DNA from: a virus
Virus record (IMG/VR): IMGVR_UViG_3300045988_183322
Reading direction: 5' to 3' (one strand)
DNA length: 64,000 nucleotides
The notes below the pieces were generated by a model. The model was not told where the DNA came from, did no database searches, and saw nothing but the letters and a program-made list of their open reading frames with translations. Of this stretch, positions 21,780-32,277 are shown in pieces. Each line of letters opens with the position of its first letter. Positions within the stretch are counted from its first letter, which is position 1. Both the position numbers and the translations under genes were made by a program.

Positions 21780-22219
21780 AATTAAAGTAATTAACTTAAC
21801 TATGGCACTTTATTTGTTTGAACTTTCATAATAGAATTAAATTAAAAATTGTTAAATGCAGACTGTTTTTTAAAAAGGGAAACAGTCAAAACCCCATTCT
21901 CTTTTACGTTCCTTGAAGGTTCCGCAAAAGATGGACGAATTTGCCCAAATTTAGAGTTTTTTCTCTGCCGATTCCTATATCTTTGTATAGGCAACTAAGA
22001 GGCAACCTCTACTCGTCACTTTGTTGTTTATTGGAAGCCCCTAAAAGATTTGAACTCTACTTTTCCGAATGGAAAAATTATTAAAAACCATGCGGAACGT
22101 GCTACCGTGACCTATAAAGCTAGCGTTAGGACGATTTACACCATAGGAGCATATAATTTGAACTATTAGCCGATAAACGTTTCCAAAATGCGCCACGTGG
22201 AGGCTAGTTCGTGCATTTC

Positions 22220-22295
22220 TCGTCCAGATGGGAATCGAACCCATGACCCCTCACTTATAAGGCGAGTGCTCTTTGCCAATCTGAGCTACTGGACA
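22220..22295 (-). tRNA. tRNA-Ile (anticodon TAT, reads AUA); CCA not encoded
   Basis: Acceptor TGTCCAG/CTGGACG, T8A9, D-stem GCTC/GAGC, anticodon stem CTCGC/GTGAG, loop CTTATAA, T-arm ATGGG-TTCGATT-CCCAT. Confidence 0.75.
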
Positions 22296-22517
22296 TTTAA
22301 AAGAGAGTACGTTTTTACGGTGTTTTCCTCTCAACTGCTCCACCGAGAATTAAGGACTTCGAAGGTATTTTCCCATCCTTGTCGGCATCTATACGGATTT
22401 ATCCTCTTGTCTGAGTCTGCATTTCGTTTTTAGTGGTCTAGTATGCATAACTCTTACACTACCAACATATTCTTGCCCCATTGGCAGGGATTTTCATGAT
22501 AATACCATCAAGAAAAT

Positions 22518-22596
22518 TGGAGGGATGACTCCGGCTTGAACGGAGATTATTCTAGACTCACAATCTAGGGCTTTAACCAATTAAGCTATCATCCCC
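22518..22596 (-). tRNA. tRNA-His (anticodon GTG) with genomically encoded G-1, CCA encoded
   Basis: G(-1)+GGGATGA/TCATCCC acceptor, D-stem GCTT/AAGC, anticodon stem CTAGA/TCTAG, loop TTGTGAG, T-arm CTCCG-TTCAAGC-CGGAG. Confidence 0.8.
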
Positions 22597-23132
22597 TCTA
22601 AGGCAGATATAAGACTTACTATGCTTTATTCTGCTCTTGAGTCTAGGTTCGCCTAGCCGCCTAAAAAGCTTCTATTTCTATCCGTTTAGGAGGAATGAGT
22701 TTAAACGAAGCAAACTACCGAGAAGTAGGTACTCATAACCTTGCATCTGAAACTTAAAATTATTCTAAAGTCGCGACTGAACAATTTTATATTGGCCTTC
22801 AAATGCGCCATTTCTGCCAAAGAAATTTAGAAAGGCCGGATGTTTTTTACTTGGGCATCCACCAAGTTCCTTTAAGCGTTAAGTAGCGACGCTTAGAGAG
22901 GGCTTTCGCCCCGGTTAATGTCCTTCAAGACAGAAGCATGATTGCAGATTGCTCAATCCTTATCCACAGAACGTTTAGCCTTTCTGTGCCGCTTTCCTTC
23001 TACTACTTTTTGAAGAAACCTTTGAAAACTTGCTTGATTCTGGCTCACCTCACAAGCTTTGGTGTGACGATTCGAGTTTGGAGCCTCGAATTAGCCCTTC
23101 AATAATGCTAAATAATCAACACGAATGAAATA

Positions 23133-23207
23133 TGGCTCCCAAGGCATGATTCGAACATGCAACGCACTGATTAACAGTCAGTTGCTCTACCATTGAGCTA
23201 CTTGGGA
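23133..23207 (-). tRNA. tRNA-Asn (anticodon GTT), CCA encoded
   Basis: Acceptor TCCCAAG/CTTGGGA, anticodon stem ACTGA/TCAGT, loop CTGTTAA, T-arm GCATG-TTCGAAT-CATGC. Confidence 0.85.
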
Positions 23208-23232
23208 ATTATAAAACTCCTATTCTTAATTG

Positions 23233-23306
23233 TGGTCTGGAATGCAAGAATCGAACTTGCGCCTCTAACGCCCAAAGTTAGCGTGCTACCATTATACTAA
23301 TTCCAG
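23233..23306 (-). tRNA. tRNA-Pro (anticodon TGG), CCA encoded
   Basis: Acceptor CTGGAAT/ATTCCAG, anticodon stem CTAAC/GTTAG, loop TTTGGGC (G37), T-arm GCAAG-TTCGATT-CTTGC. Confidence 0.8.
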
Positions 23307-24294
23307 ATTCCCTCTTATTCTAGGTAGAAAGGAAAAAGACCTAGAATAAGAGAGTGAGTTTTTCCTAGCACCCGAAAACTCTAAAGAGGATATGAACTAC
23401 GCCTGCTAGACTAATCTCATATGTGCGAATCGCACGGAGTTAAACTCTGGTTGCGGGTAAGGAAGTCGAATCCTGTTATGACTGTGGCTTATGAGACCCA
23501 GCCCCCACCGTGGGAACCCGCGATTGAAAATTTCCGGTTTTATCAGCCACGCCCGGAACCAGTTGTCTATCCTTTAATTGAAGGTGATATGATTAAAATT
23601 TTGCTGAATGGTTTTCCGCACTTACGGAAAATTAAGACTCTCATGTGTTATTACACCAAATGATTATCCGGGGCTTCATTGCCTATGCACTGCGCATCGG
23701 AATACCCTACCTTAATGCTGGCGCAATACATACCCCGAAGGGGTAAGCTGATAGATAGTCCGGGAGGGACATTCTACCCTTATGATAGCGTTTAAGTTCA
23801 CCATAACTTACTTCATAAGTTTGCGGAAATCAACTCATTATGGGATGGACACTTCTAATCCTACCCTTGAGAGCTGGAAAGGAAGCTCTTGCTCACCTTT
23901 CCTAAAACCTTGATTTTTGAAAAATGTCAATCTTCTATCAGCTACTCTTCCATTTTGGATAGAGCGTGGGCTTTTCTGCTTTGAAGAAATCTATTATCTT
24001 CCTTGCATGAAGCACACAAATGCTTTTACAATATTTAGATGATTTTGTCAATCATTTTCTTATGCTCTCAGATTTTTCTGAACACTAGAAAAGAGACGCT
24101 ATCTCTTTATATTGTAAAACGAACTTTCATTGAAAATCTTTCGTTCCTAGAGGTTTCTCATTCTAAGAAGCTTTACTTTCGCTTACCGACTTCCAAGATG
24201 TTCAACTCTTGTTCGTTTCGATGCCCTTATTATACCTTTAATAAGATTTTTGTCAACTACTTTTTGAAACTTTTTTTTGCTTTTTCATAAAGCA

Positions 24295-25269
24295 TTAACA
24301 CTCAATAGAAATATCTCCGGCATAAAGATAGAAACCTTCCTTATGCTTCTTAAAAATCTCCTTCCCCCAATTATCCCACTTGACAATTAAGACCCCATTC
24401 TCATGAGAAATTATTGTACCAGAATCGCCATCATTTTTAGAAAATCTATTGCCTAAAATAGTAAAATAATCTTCCCAATAAGCATGATAAACATGAAGAA
24501 CTTCCTGTTCATTCATCTTAAGAGCTTCTTTTAAAAGAAGATTATTATCTTTTCTTTTCGTCCCTAAAAATTTTGATGCATCTCGATAGCAACTAGCACT
24601 AGTATTATTATAAAAACAATCGTTATACATAGTTTTCTCCAAAAAGCCTCCTAGGGCACGAGCAATATCGCGGACTAAATTATCGTCCATTAAATTTTTG
24701 TAATCATCTTTATTAATGCCAAGTTTATCTAAAGATTTAAAATCCCCTTGTTCAACTTCAAATAATATTTCCATTACCTTGGGAGAAAAAGCTAATTGAT
24801 TTCCATATACTTGATTCCTCCAACGTTCAACGAACCATGTAAGATTATTATTCGCTTCAATATCATATGCGAAATGGCTTCCAACTCCATCTGGATAATT
24901 ACCTGCCTCATACTCTGCATTAAGAAAATCAACGCAATTTGAAACATAGTTCCTCAAATAAACATCATCATTATCCATTTTGACATAATAATCAATATCA
25001 GAAACATCTTCGTCCCGAACGCAGTCTAAAGTATTGGAAATCTGACATTTATTTGAACAAACCTTTATCACCAAGTCTCCTTTCTCAATAAAATCAAAGA
25101 ATTCATTAATAAACAAAATATTGGCATAATCTTCGGAATACCCTTTAAGGGCTACGAAAACTTTACAATTACCATAATTTTGATTTAAAGCAGAAAAAAT
25201 AGCATTTCTAGTTTCTATTGGTCTGCGATAGGCAGGAAGAAGAATCCCAATTTTTTTAATAGACTTCAT
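24295..25269 (-). CDS. GT-A fold glycosyltransferase (paralog of 16142..17119), DxD motif KMDNDD
   Basis: IGILLPAYRRPIETRNAIFSALNQNYGNCKVFVA parallels LCLSSYKRFDNMQLQIYQMLHQNYDNFHVFVA in the paralog. Confidence 0.45.
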   Translation of the reverse strand: MKSIKKIGILLPAYRRPIETRNAIFSALNQNYGNCKVFVALKGYSEDYANILFINEFFDFIEKGDLVIKVCSNKCQISNTLDCVRDEDVSDIDYYVKMDNDDVYLRNYVSNCVDFLNAEYEAGNYPDGVGSHFAYDIEANNNLTWFVERWRNQVYGNQLAFSPKVMEILFEVEQGDFKSLDKLGINKDDYKNLMDDNLVRDIARALGGFLEKTMYNDCFYNNTSASCYRDASKFLGTKRKDNNLLLKEALKMNEQEVLHVYHAYWEDYFTILGNRFSKNDGDSGTIISHENGVLIVKWDNWGKEIFKKHKEGFYLYAGDISIEC

Positions 25270-25900
25270 GGCATTTTAAAATTTTAGAATATTTACTGAG
25301 AGTGTTAGCCATATTAATATGACTAATAGGGGAATAATTATTGTACTCAACATTTACATTCACATATCTATAATCTGGTTTTTCTTTTTCTCCATCTGAA
25401 ATTAATATTTTATGTGGGGCGTGAAGATGACCATGTATATTAAAGTCAAATCTGCCCTCATTATATCTATCCCTCAACTGGGAAGCATGAATAGGAATAT
25501 GGGTCAAAATACAACGATACCCACAAAGCTTCATTTCTAAAGAACCACAGACTTCATCAAAATATTTAGAAAGCAAATCAACTCTTCTAGTATCATGATT
25601 GCCAAGAATAATAATTTTATAACCATTAAGGTTTTCTAAAATGCTCATGCGCTTCTCCATTATTCTCTGCGTCTCTTCCTCCGTCTTTCTTGGCTTACAA
25701 TCCATAACAGCATCACCTAGAATAAAAACATCATCATCGTTTTTTACTACTTTATTCCATTTTTCAATCATGAGCAATTCACAATCCTCTTGATTCAAAT
25801 GTCTTTGAAGATTACCAGATTCATCTTTAAATCTATAAAGATTAGAATGGCAAAAATGCATGTCTGAAACGAAAAATAATTTATCTATAACTTTTTTCAT
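25256..25900 (-). CDS. Calcineurin-like metallophosphoesterase (paralog of 19075..19863)
   Basis: Motifs VSDMHF, GDAVMD, GNHD, GHLH. Confidence 0.55.
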   Translation of the reverse strand: MKKVIDKLFFVSDMHFCHSNLYRFKDESGNLQRHLNQEDCELLMIEKWNKVVKNDDDVFILGDAVMDCKPRKTEEETQRIMEKRMSILENLNGYKIIILGNHDTRRVDLLSKYFDEVCGSLEMKLCGYRCILTHIPIHASQLRDRYNEGRFDFNIHGHLHAPHKILISDGEKEKPDYRYVNVNVEYNNYSPISHINMANTLSKYSKILKCHEVY

Positions 25901-26465
25901 AACATTCTTTCAATATCATTCTCCAAAATTTTTAATTTGCTTTTCTAAATCCTTTATTCTCTTTTCCGTTTCTTCTAAATCGTATTTGACAGCATTATAA
26001 TGAGATTTTTGACCTGCCAATTTCATTTTTAATTCTGTTAATCGTCCATCTACTTTAACTTGAAACTCTCCGTTCTTTTTAGATTCGAAAATAGAAATTT
26101 CTCCAGAAATAATTTTACTAAGAATAAAAGCAAGGGTAAAAGTTCTTATTCTTGTCCTTTTATTAATAAGTCCATTTTTAGAACAAGGTTGAAGTTTGAC
26201 CTGCCATACTGGTCTTCCAGAATAATAGCTCCTAGTAAATTCGACAGAAATTATTTTAAGATTCTTTTTCGTATTTTTGCCAATTTTAAAAGTAACTAAA
26301 TCATGGCTCATGTAAGAAATAACTTTCTCTACTAAAAACTCATTTAGCCCTTCTGGCATGTTCGATTCGGAATATCCATCGAAATGACGAAGTAGAGGTT
26401 CGTTTTTTATATTATCAATGCTCCACATAATAAGAAAATCGCCCTCTAAAAAGAGGGCTTGTTAA

Positions 26466-26900
26466 TTATTTCTGAGATGATTCAGCAAGTTCAATACCGC
26501 AAGAGATGCTTGCATTAGCTAGTCTCAGAGCTTTAAGTGCGTCATCTGGATGTTTCGCCATAGACTCTTCTATCTTTTGCATCACTGAATCAACTATCTC
26601 TTTTGTTAATGAAGCAGAGAAAATCTTCTGCAATTCGATAGTAAGTTTTGACCTAAAGGTTTCAGAATCTGTAGCACCAGAAGCAATATATTCATCAAGA
26701 ATAATTTGAACCTTTTTATAGGCATCAAGACGTTGAGGTTTATTTGGGTCTTGACGGATGCTTGCCGCAACTGTAGCCCCAGCTGTACATACTGTATAAT
26801 CCTCCTTAAATTGCTGGTCAAAAAGACTACAAGATGAGAAAGACAATACAGTCCCTAGTGTTAGGATAAATGGTTTCATAATAACATTATGATATACCAT
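26466..26900 (-). CDS. Putative lipoprotein
   Basis: Signal peptide with lipobox-like LSFSSC. Confidence 0.4.
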   Translation of the reverse strand: MVYHNVIMKPFILTLGTVLSFSSCSLFDQQFKEDYTVCTAGATVAASIRQDPNKPQRLDAYKKVQIILDEYIASGATDSETFRSKLTIELQKIFSASLTKEIVDSVMQKIEESMAKHPDDALKALRLANASISCGIELAESSQK

Positions 26901-27111
26901 CTTAAAAAAGATGTCAACAAAAAAAATTAAGGCTTATCGCCACCAATATACCCGAAGGAATATAAACAAAAAGCCAAAGCCAATATACCACATAGAAATC
27001 CACCAGCAAGAAATCCTACTATTACGGAAATGACTAAAATAACTAATGGGAATAGTTCTTTGCCATTCATGAACAAAATATATACAAAATCAAAGATTTG
27101 TCAACAAAAAA

Positions 27112-27135
27112 ACGGAGAGGGATTCCCCTCTCCGT
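27112..27135 (-). terminator. Rho-independent terminator (10-bp GC-rich stem, 4-nt loop, followed by T6 on the minus strand)
   Basis: ACGGAGAGGG-ATTC-CCCTCTCCGT; A-run 27106-27111 on plus = T-run on minus; just downstream of CDS 27158..27793. Confidence 0.7.
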
Positions 27136-27157
27136 CTATAAAGCGATTAATGAATTA

Positions 27158-27793
27158 TTATCGGCGTTCCATATCGACTTTTTCAGCGACATCCATCAGA
27201 ACTTCATAAAGTTCATCAACTTCCATGCCTAATTCTCTCGCAAATTGATGCATACCTCCTTTTTCAGCAAAGAGAGAAAGGACTTTAACTTCTTCTTCAT
27301 CTAAATCAGGGAATTCCTTTTTCAAATGATTTTTCATGTTAAAGCCCGGAGTCTTTTTGGATTTCTTTTCAAGTTCTTCAATTTCCATCCAAAGACCTTG
27401 CATGCATTCACCTTCTCTACCCCCACGACGGCCTCTTTCCTTACGATAGTCTCTATCCCTAGATGCGTAAGAAGAGCCTCCATCATTCCCACCGTATTCG
27501 CTACGGCCATAACCACGGCCACCGCTTCTTCCACCGCCTCTACGGCCACCACGTTCAGCCATTGAATAGTGAGAGTCACCAAGCCTTCTTTCCAAGGCAT
27601 CAATGAATTCACCTTTACCATCTTCAATAACTGTGACTAAACAACGTTCAAATTGGTCCATCATCTGGCGATTTTGGGATTCCATTTGACGACGTTGCTC
27701 ATCGTTCATATAATTGTTATTAACGCCAAATGGATTAGGCATGCCGCCATTACCCATTCCGCCAAACATTGACATCGGATTCATTCCCATCAT
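27158..27793 (-). CDS. Low-complexity protein with Met/Gly/Asn-rich N-terminus, RGG/Gly-Arg-rich centre and an acidic helical C-terminus
   Basis: GGRRGGGRSGGRGYGRSEYGG...RGRRGGREG. Confidence 0.35.
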   Translation of the reverse strand: MMGMNPMSMFGGMGNGGMPNPFGVNNNYMNDEQRRQMESQNRQMMDQFERCLVTVIEDGKGEFIDALERRLGDSHYSMAERGGRRGGGRSGGRGYGRSEYGGNDGGSSYASRDRDYRKERGRRGGREGECMQGLWMEIEELEKKSKKTPGFNMKNHLKKEFPDLDEEEVKVLSLFAEKGGMHQFARELGMEVDELYEVLMDVAEKVDMERR

Positions 27794-27862
27794 ATTTCTT
27801 CTTATTTGTTAAAGTTTAAAATATGGGGGAAAACTCCCCCATAAACAATATCTCCCTAACGC

Positions 27863-28042
27863 TTAAGCGGCTGGGGTAGTAGAAGAACTAGCTGGTCTTA
27901 AAGCCGAAATAATTCTGTCAGCGGCGGCCTGAGAAGCGACAGCCGCAATTTGTTCGCTTTGAGTGAGTTGTACTCTATCCCTAAGAGCGTTGATTTCAGC
28001 GTCCTTAAGAGACAGCAAGTCTTGAGTATGAAGGTCTTGCAT
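27863..28042 (-). CDS. Candidate small ORF (59 aa), GC-rich (about 50%), Ala/Gln-rich predicted helix; below the ORF-track cutoff
   Basis: Manual translation MQDLHTQDLLSLKDAEINALRDRVQLTQSEQIAAVASQAAADRIISALRPASSSTTPAA; local GC far above flanks. Confidence 0.25.
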   Translation of the reverse strand: MQDLHTQDLLSLKDAEINALRDRVQLTQSEQIAAVASQAAADRIISALRPASSSTTPAA

Positions 28043-28693
28043 GAGCTGGCGAGTAGCCGCGCCCTCTTTAAACTATAAATTATTAAATATCAATACTTAA
28101 ATAAAAAATAAGTTAAAGGATGAATGAAAACAAAAAAATGAAACAAAAGAATATTCAATCATTATAGCCTTCGGATAAATCCACTTCTTATGCCGTTAGT
28201 TCCGGTTCTCTACCAGCATAAGGTATTCTTCCTCAATAGGAACTAATTGAGTATTATTGAAACGGTTAATTTCATCCTCGCATACATACAGCCCGCTTCT
28301 CAAATTATCAATTATAGTATCTATATCGGAAAAAGTCAAAGAGCATTCATAAGAAAGTGAACCCTTTTGAACGCCAATTGGGGAAAATTTCTTTTCTTCA
28401 TGAGAATGTTTCTTCAAACTCTCATAAAATTCAATCTCGCTTTTTTGGAAACGAATAAAATAAATTTGGTCTAGAATAGGTATATTAGCTTTTTGAATTC
28501 TGGCTCTGATTTTAGGAATAGCCTGTGTAAGCATTGTATATTTTCCAATAAGGGCATTTATTTTTTTGGAATTCTCTGGTTTCGCAATATAACAATTTCT
28601 TTCTTTTATCTGTTCTTGCAATCTTTCTCGCATTTTAATGAGGCGGTCAACAAGAACTAAGGCCTCTCTTATGGTGATTTCCTTATCCATTTT

Positions 28694-29266
28694 CTAATTA
28701 TATGATTTTTCTAATTTATTGGCAATAGAAATTACATCTTTAACCCATTTTCTATTTTTTTTATTATGGTTTGGAGCATAAACTTGTTGAATTCTTTCTA
28801 TGGTTGTATGCCCTCTCTTAAAATAAAAGCTAGAATTCGCAAATAAATTACCAACATACCAAATACATTCTTCCACAGAATTAAAAGATTTCCCTTTTAA
28901 CCCAAAGACATTATTTTTACATCTAGCTAATTTTGAAGTACCATTACCACTCTCTAAAATTGCAATTCCTGCTAAAAAAGTAGCACTTATATTATAATAT
29001 TCTTGAACCTCTAAAAAAGTTTTTCCAGTTCCTTGCAAAACACCAGAAAAATGTCCATCTAATACTTCATGAGAAATAGGGCTTTCAAATCTAACATCTG
29101 TATTTTTTTCAAATCTAATCAAACTTTCATTATTAGTATTATTTTCTGCAAAAGCAGAATTAGAAAATAGCATAAAAAATAAATAATGCAACAATATAAT
29201 CATACTATTTTTTACAGGATTTTTATTTTTTGATGAAATTTTAAGAAATAACATATTATCAATCAA
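28694..29266 (-). CDS. Secreted GH73 glucosaminidase (FlgJ/Acm-like peptidoglycan hydrolase)
   Basis: N-terminal hydrophobic signal; FLAGIAILESGNGTSKLARCKNNVFGLKG matches the GH73 catalytic-Glu region. Confidence 0.55.
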   Translation of the reverse strand: MIDNMLFLKISSKNKNPVKNSMIILLHYLFFMLFSNSAFAENNTNNESLIRFEKNTDVRFESPISHEVLDGHFSGVLQGTGKTFLEVQEYYNISATFLAGIAILESGNGTSKLARCKNNVFGLKGKSFNSVEECIWYVGNLFANSSFYFKRGHTTIERIQQVYAPNHNKKNRKWVKDVISIANKLEKSYN

Positions 29267-29575
29267 TTATTTATACAATATACTATTCTTATCCAGTCTA
29301 GTCCCAATATTTCTATTCACCTCTATACCATTTTTGAAAGTCAAAATTGTAGGATAGGCGTTTATTTTATGTCTCATAGCTATGTTCCAGTTTCCCCTAT
29401 ATTTGAACTCACACCCATAAAATTTGATATTTTCATTTTCTTTTTCCCAGTTTTCTAAACTTGATTGAATCATTTCGCAAGGAGGACAATCATTCTTATA
29501 AAACTTAACAACAACAATCCCTTTCTCTTTCTCAACTTTTAACTCAAAATCTTTTCTCCCTAAAATTTCTTTCAT
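29267..29575 (-). CDS. Thioredoxin-fold CxxC protein (CPPC active site)
   Basis: VVVKFYKNDCPPCEMI arrangement typical of thioredoxin/glutaredoxin. Confidence 0.5.
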   Translation of the reverse strand: MKEILGRKDFELKVEKEKGIVVVKFYKNDCPPCEMIQSSLENWEKENENIKFYGCEFKYRGNWNIAMRHKINAYPTILTFKNGIEVNRNIGTRLDKNSILYK

Positions 29576-29582
29576 AAATAAA

Positions 29583-30302
29583 TTAAATTTTATTCAAATA
29601 ATCTTTATCTAATGAAATATTAGACTCGAACTTTTCTGAAGCTCTCAAGATAGAAATGTTAGTTCCAAATATCGGAAAATATCTACTCAATCGAACATAA
29701 AAACTATCTATTTCCTCGTTACATCCCCAACGCAAAACAGAAAAAAAACAATCAAGAAGATTTTTATCGCAATATCTATTATAGATATATCCTTGATGTC
29801 CCCATGTTGTCCCCTTAAAATACAAAGAGGATTCTGTTTTATCGTGACAAACATTTTGATACAATCTTTTTTGAAGAGAACAACATAACCAACTATCTTC
29901 TCTCTCTTCTAAGGAATCAATAAGTTTGACTACTTTATTTTTAAAGTCTGAACTTAATATCACATCATCTTCAAGAATCATCCCGCACTTACTTTTTATT
30001 GTATCAAAATCAAATACTTTTTGAAGAGCTTGAAGATGAGCTAAATATGCACCACAGGCTCTTTTTCTATACTCTACAAACTTCTCCTTCTCCTTCTCCT
30101 TCTCCTTCTCCTTCTCCTTCCAAAAGCCAACTGAAAGGAAGGCATTATCCGCAATAGAGTTCATCTGAACCCCATCCACAAATGATGGCTCTAGCCCATA
30201 ACAAGACAACTCTTGGGTGATAGATTCTCTTCTTTTAATATCAGAAGGAAGAGATACTACATAAACTTTGTCGAATAAAATATCAAATCTCTCTTTGCTC
30301 AT
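29583..30302 (-). CDS. GT25-family-like glycosyltransferase (Lic2B/LgtB-type) carrying an internal (EK)6-7 repeat
   Basis: N-terminal KVYVVSLPSDIKRRESITQEL resembles the GT25 IxVINLxxSxxRR start; KEKEKEKEKEKEKF encoded by the 30081-30120 repeat. Confidence 0.4.
   Translation of the reverse strand: MSKERFDILFDKVYVVSLPSDIKRRESITQELSCYGLEPSFVDGVQMNSIADNAFLSVGFWKEKEKEKEKEKEKFVEYRKRACGAYLAHLQALQKVFDFDTIKSKCGMILEDDVILSSDFKNKVVKLIDSLEEREDSWLCCSLQKRLYQNVCHDKTESSLYFKGTTWGHQGYIYNRYCDKNLLDCFFSVLRWGCNEEIDSFYVRLSRYFPIFGTNISILRASEKFESNISLDKDYLNKI
30081..30120. repeat. Hexanucleotide microsatellite (CTTCTC)6.7 inside the GT25-like gene
   Basis: Direct reading of sequence. Confidence 0.9.
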
Positions 30303-32277
30303 TAAATTAAATTAACTTTTTCTTTTCTGATTGCATTAAGAATACCATTGGAATAAAAATAAAGATAAAATTCGTCTATAAAAATGTCTTCATCTAAAAT
30401 ATCCTTAACTATATAATTATCTTTGCCTTTTATATACTCATTTCTTTTAGAAGAAAAAAATGATAATGGAGAAATTCTTAAATGAAAGGATTTATTCTCT
30501 TCAAAAAAAGAAATCTTCTTTTTGCCGCAGTAATACTCTAATACATCATCATATATTCCATTTTTTTTATCATAATTACCAATAAATATATTATCTTTAA
30601 ATTTAAAGATAATACTCCTTATCAAAGGAGAATAAGATATAAACCCATTCATAGAGATAATTAGATGAAGAACATCCCCCTCAATTTTATCAAAATTGAA
30701 TCCTTTCCCTATTAAAGTATATTTAGAGTCGAATACATTTAATTCATTTGAATTTTCAAAAGAAACAATAATTTCAGAAAAAGATTTAACGTGCAAAAGT
30801 CCCCGCAGATTATCAATAAGGATTTCTCTCCATAGCTCTTCCAGAAGTCGAAAAGAGAATATATATTCGTTTTTTTCTTTAAGCATATAGATGGACTATT
30901 TTTTTCTCTTCCAAATTAATATTCAAAGAATTGAGAATATTTTGCATTGAATCAAAGTCTATTTTTTTCTCTTGGAGAAACTTATCATGAAATATTGAAG
31001 ATAGAATTAGAATAGGCATTTTCCCTCCATAGATAATATTATCATTATCAAACTTAATAGAATTATCTAAATCTAAATCTAAATCTTCTAAATCTTTTAT
31101 TAACAAATAAATATTATTTAATATAGCTATATTTCTAATATCATCAAGATTAATTTTTTTTAGAATATATACAGAAGAAATTAAAGACAAAAATGGCTCT
31201 ACTATAGAATTGTTGGATTCTCCATCCAAAAACGAAAGTTCTGTTTTAAATCCTCTATTTTTTAATTCTAAGAATACTTTCCTATTATGTGTCAGATATA
31301 CAGTCTGCGTTTCTGAATATTTTTTTAATGTTCTATTTTTGAAAAGATAATCAATATCTCCATAAAACGAATTAGGATAGACTATATCTGGAACATTAAT
31401 AATAATTAAATCAGTCATTTTTTTTCAAGAAAAAGTTTAACTATTTCGTTTTTTCTCAAATAATGATGTATATCATTTTTTGAACCAAAAATGCAAAGAA
31501 TCCCATTCCTATCATCTAAATAAGAACTGGGAAAATCATGGATTTTTATTTCTACAATATTTTTATCTGTTTTGTTTAATCCAATATATGAAAATCTGAT
31601 ATAGAAAAGGGAATGGTATTCATCTAACTTTAGAATTTCATCTAAAATGCTTTCTTTTTTTTGAAATTCCAGAAAGGAAAATATAGGATTATTGTCTCCA
31701 ATACTTAAATAATCTATAGAAGAAGAAGAAGAAGAAATAATTGGTTTATCTAAGCTGATAAAAATTGGCATTTTTTTTGATTGGATATAGAAATCAACAA
31801 ACAATATTTTCCTATCAAACAAAAATTGTTTTAGCTTAGAGATATTTTCAAAAGAAATATCTCTCGCATTCAAAGAATCAAAAGCATCAAGATTCATTTC
31901 TCGGAGAATGCACCTATTCTTTTTAAGAAGAGAATGTTTTTTAACTCCACATAAAAAAGGGAAATCTAACCCATCAACATCATCTTTTATAAAAGAAGAG
32001 ATGGCTTCTTCAATTTTAGAACTAGGGATAAATAAATAATCCAAATCTATCCCTATCAGATAATCTAAATCGTTATACTTGAAAACTTCTCTTTCAAAGA
32101 GGGCTCCTAATGTTTCCCCTCGTTCATTATCAATTTCAGAAAAAATGATGTTATTGTCTTCCTTTTCAAAAAAAGGAGGTTCTTTCAAAAAAGAATAAAC
32201 ATTTGTATTTTCAGGTTGAATTATGCTCTTGGTGTAAAGTAAAATGATACGGATTTTCTTCATTCAAAAAATTTAAT

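Noticed and set aside
22030-22110. Possible additional minus-strand tRNA (GAGTTCAAATC T-loop-like sequence followed by CCA)
   Set aside because: No complementary 5' acceptor strand or D/anticodon arms could be folded. Likely a chance T-loop-like motif or a degenerate remnant.
20166-23663. ORFs 20166-20375, 22041-22244, 22188-22433 and 23421-23663 inside the tRNA/ncRNA region
   Set aside because: They overlap tRNA genes or GC-rich structured RNA and have odd composition (for example a Pro/Arg-rich peptide), so they are probably non-coding read-through.
30081-30120. The (CTTCTC)n repeat as an on/off frameshift switch
   Set aside because: The unit length is 6 nt, so slippage preserves frame. 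Only linker-length variation is plausible.
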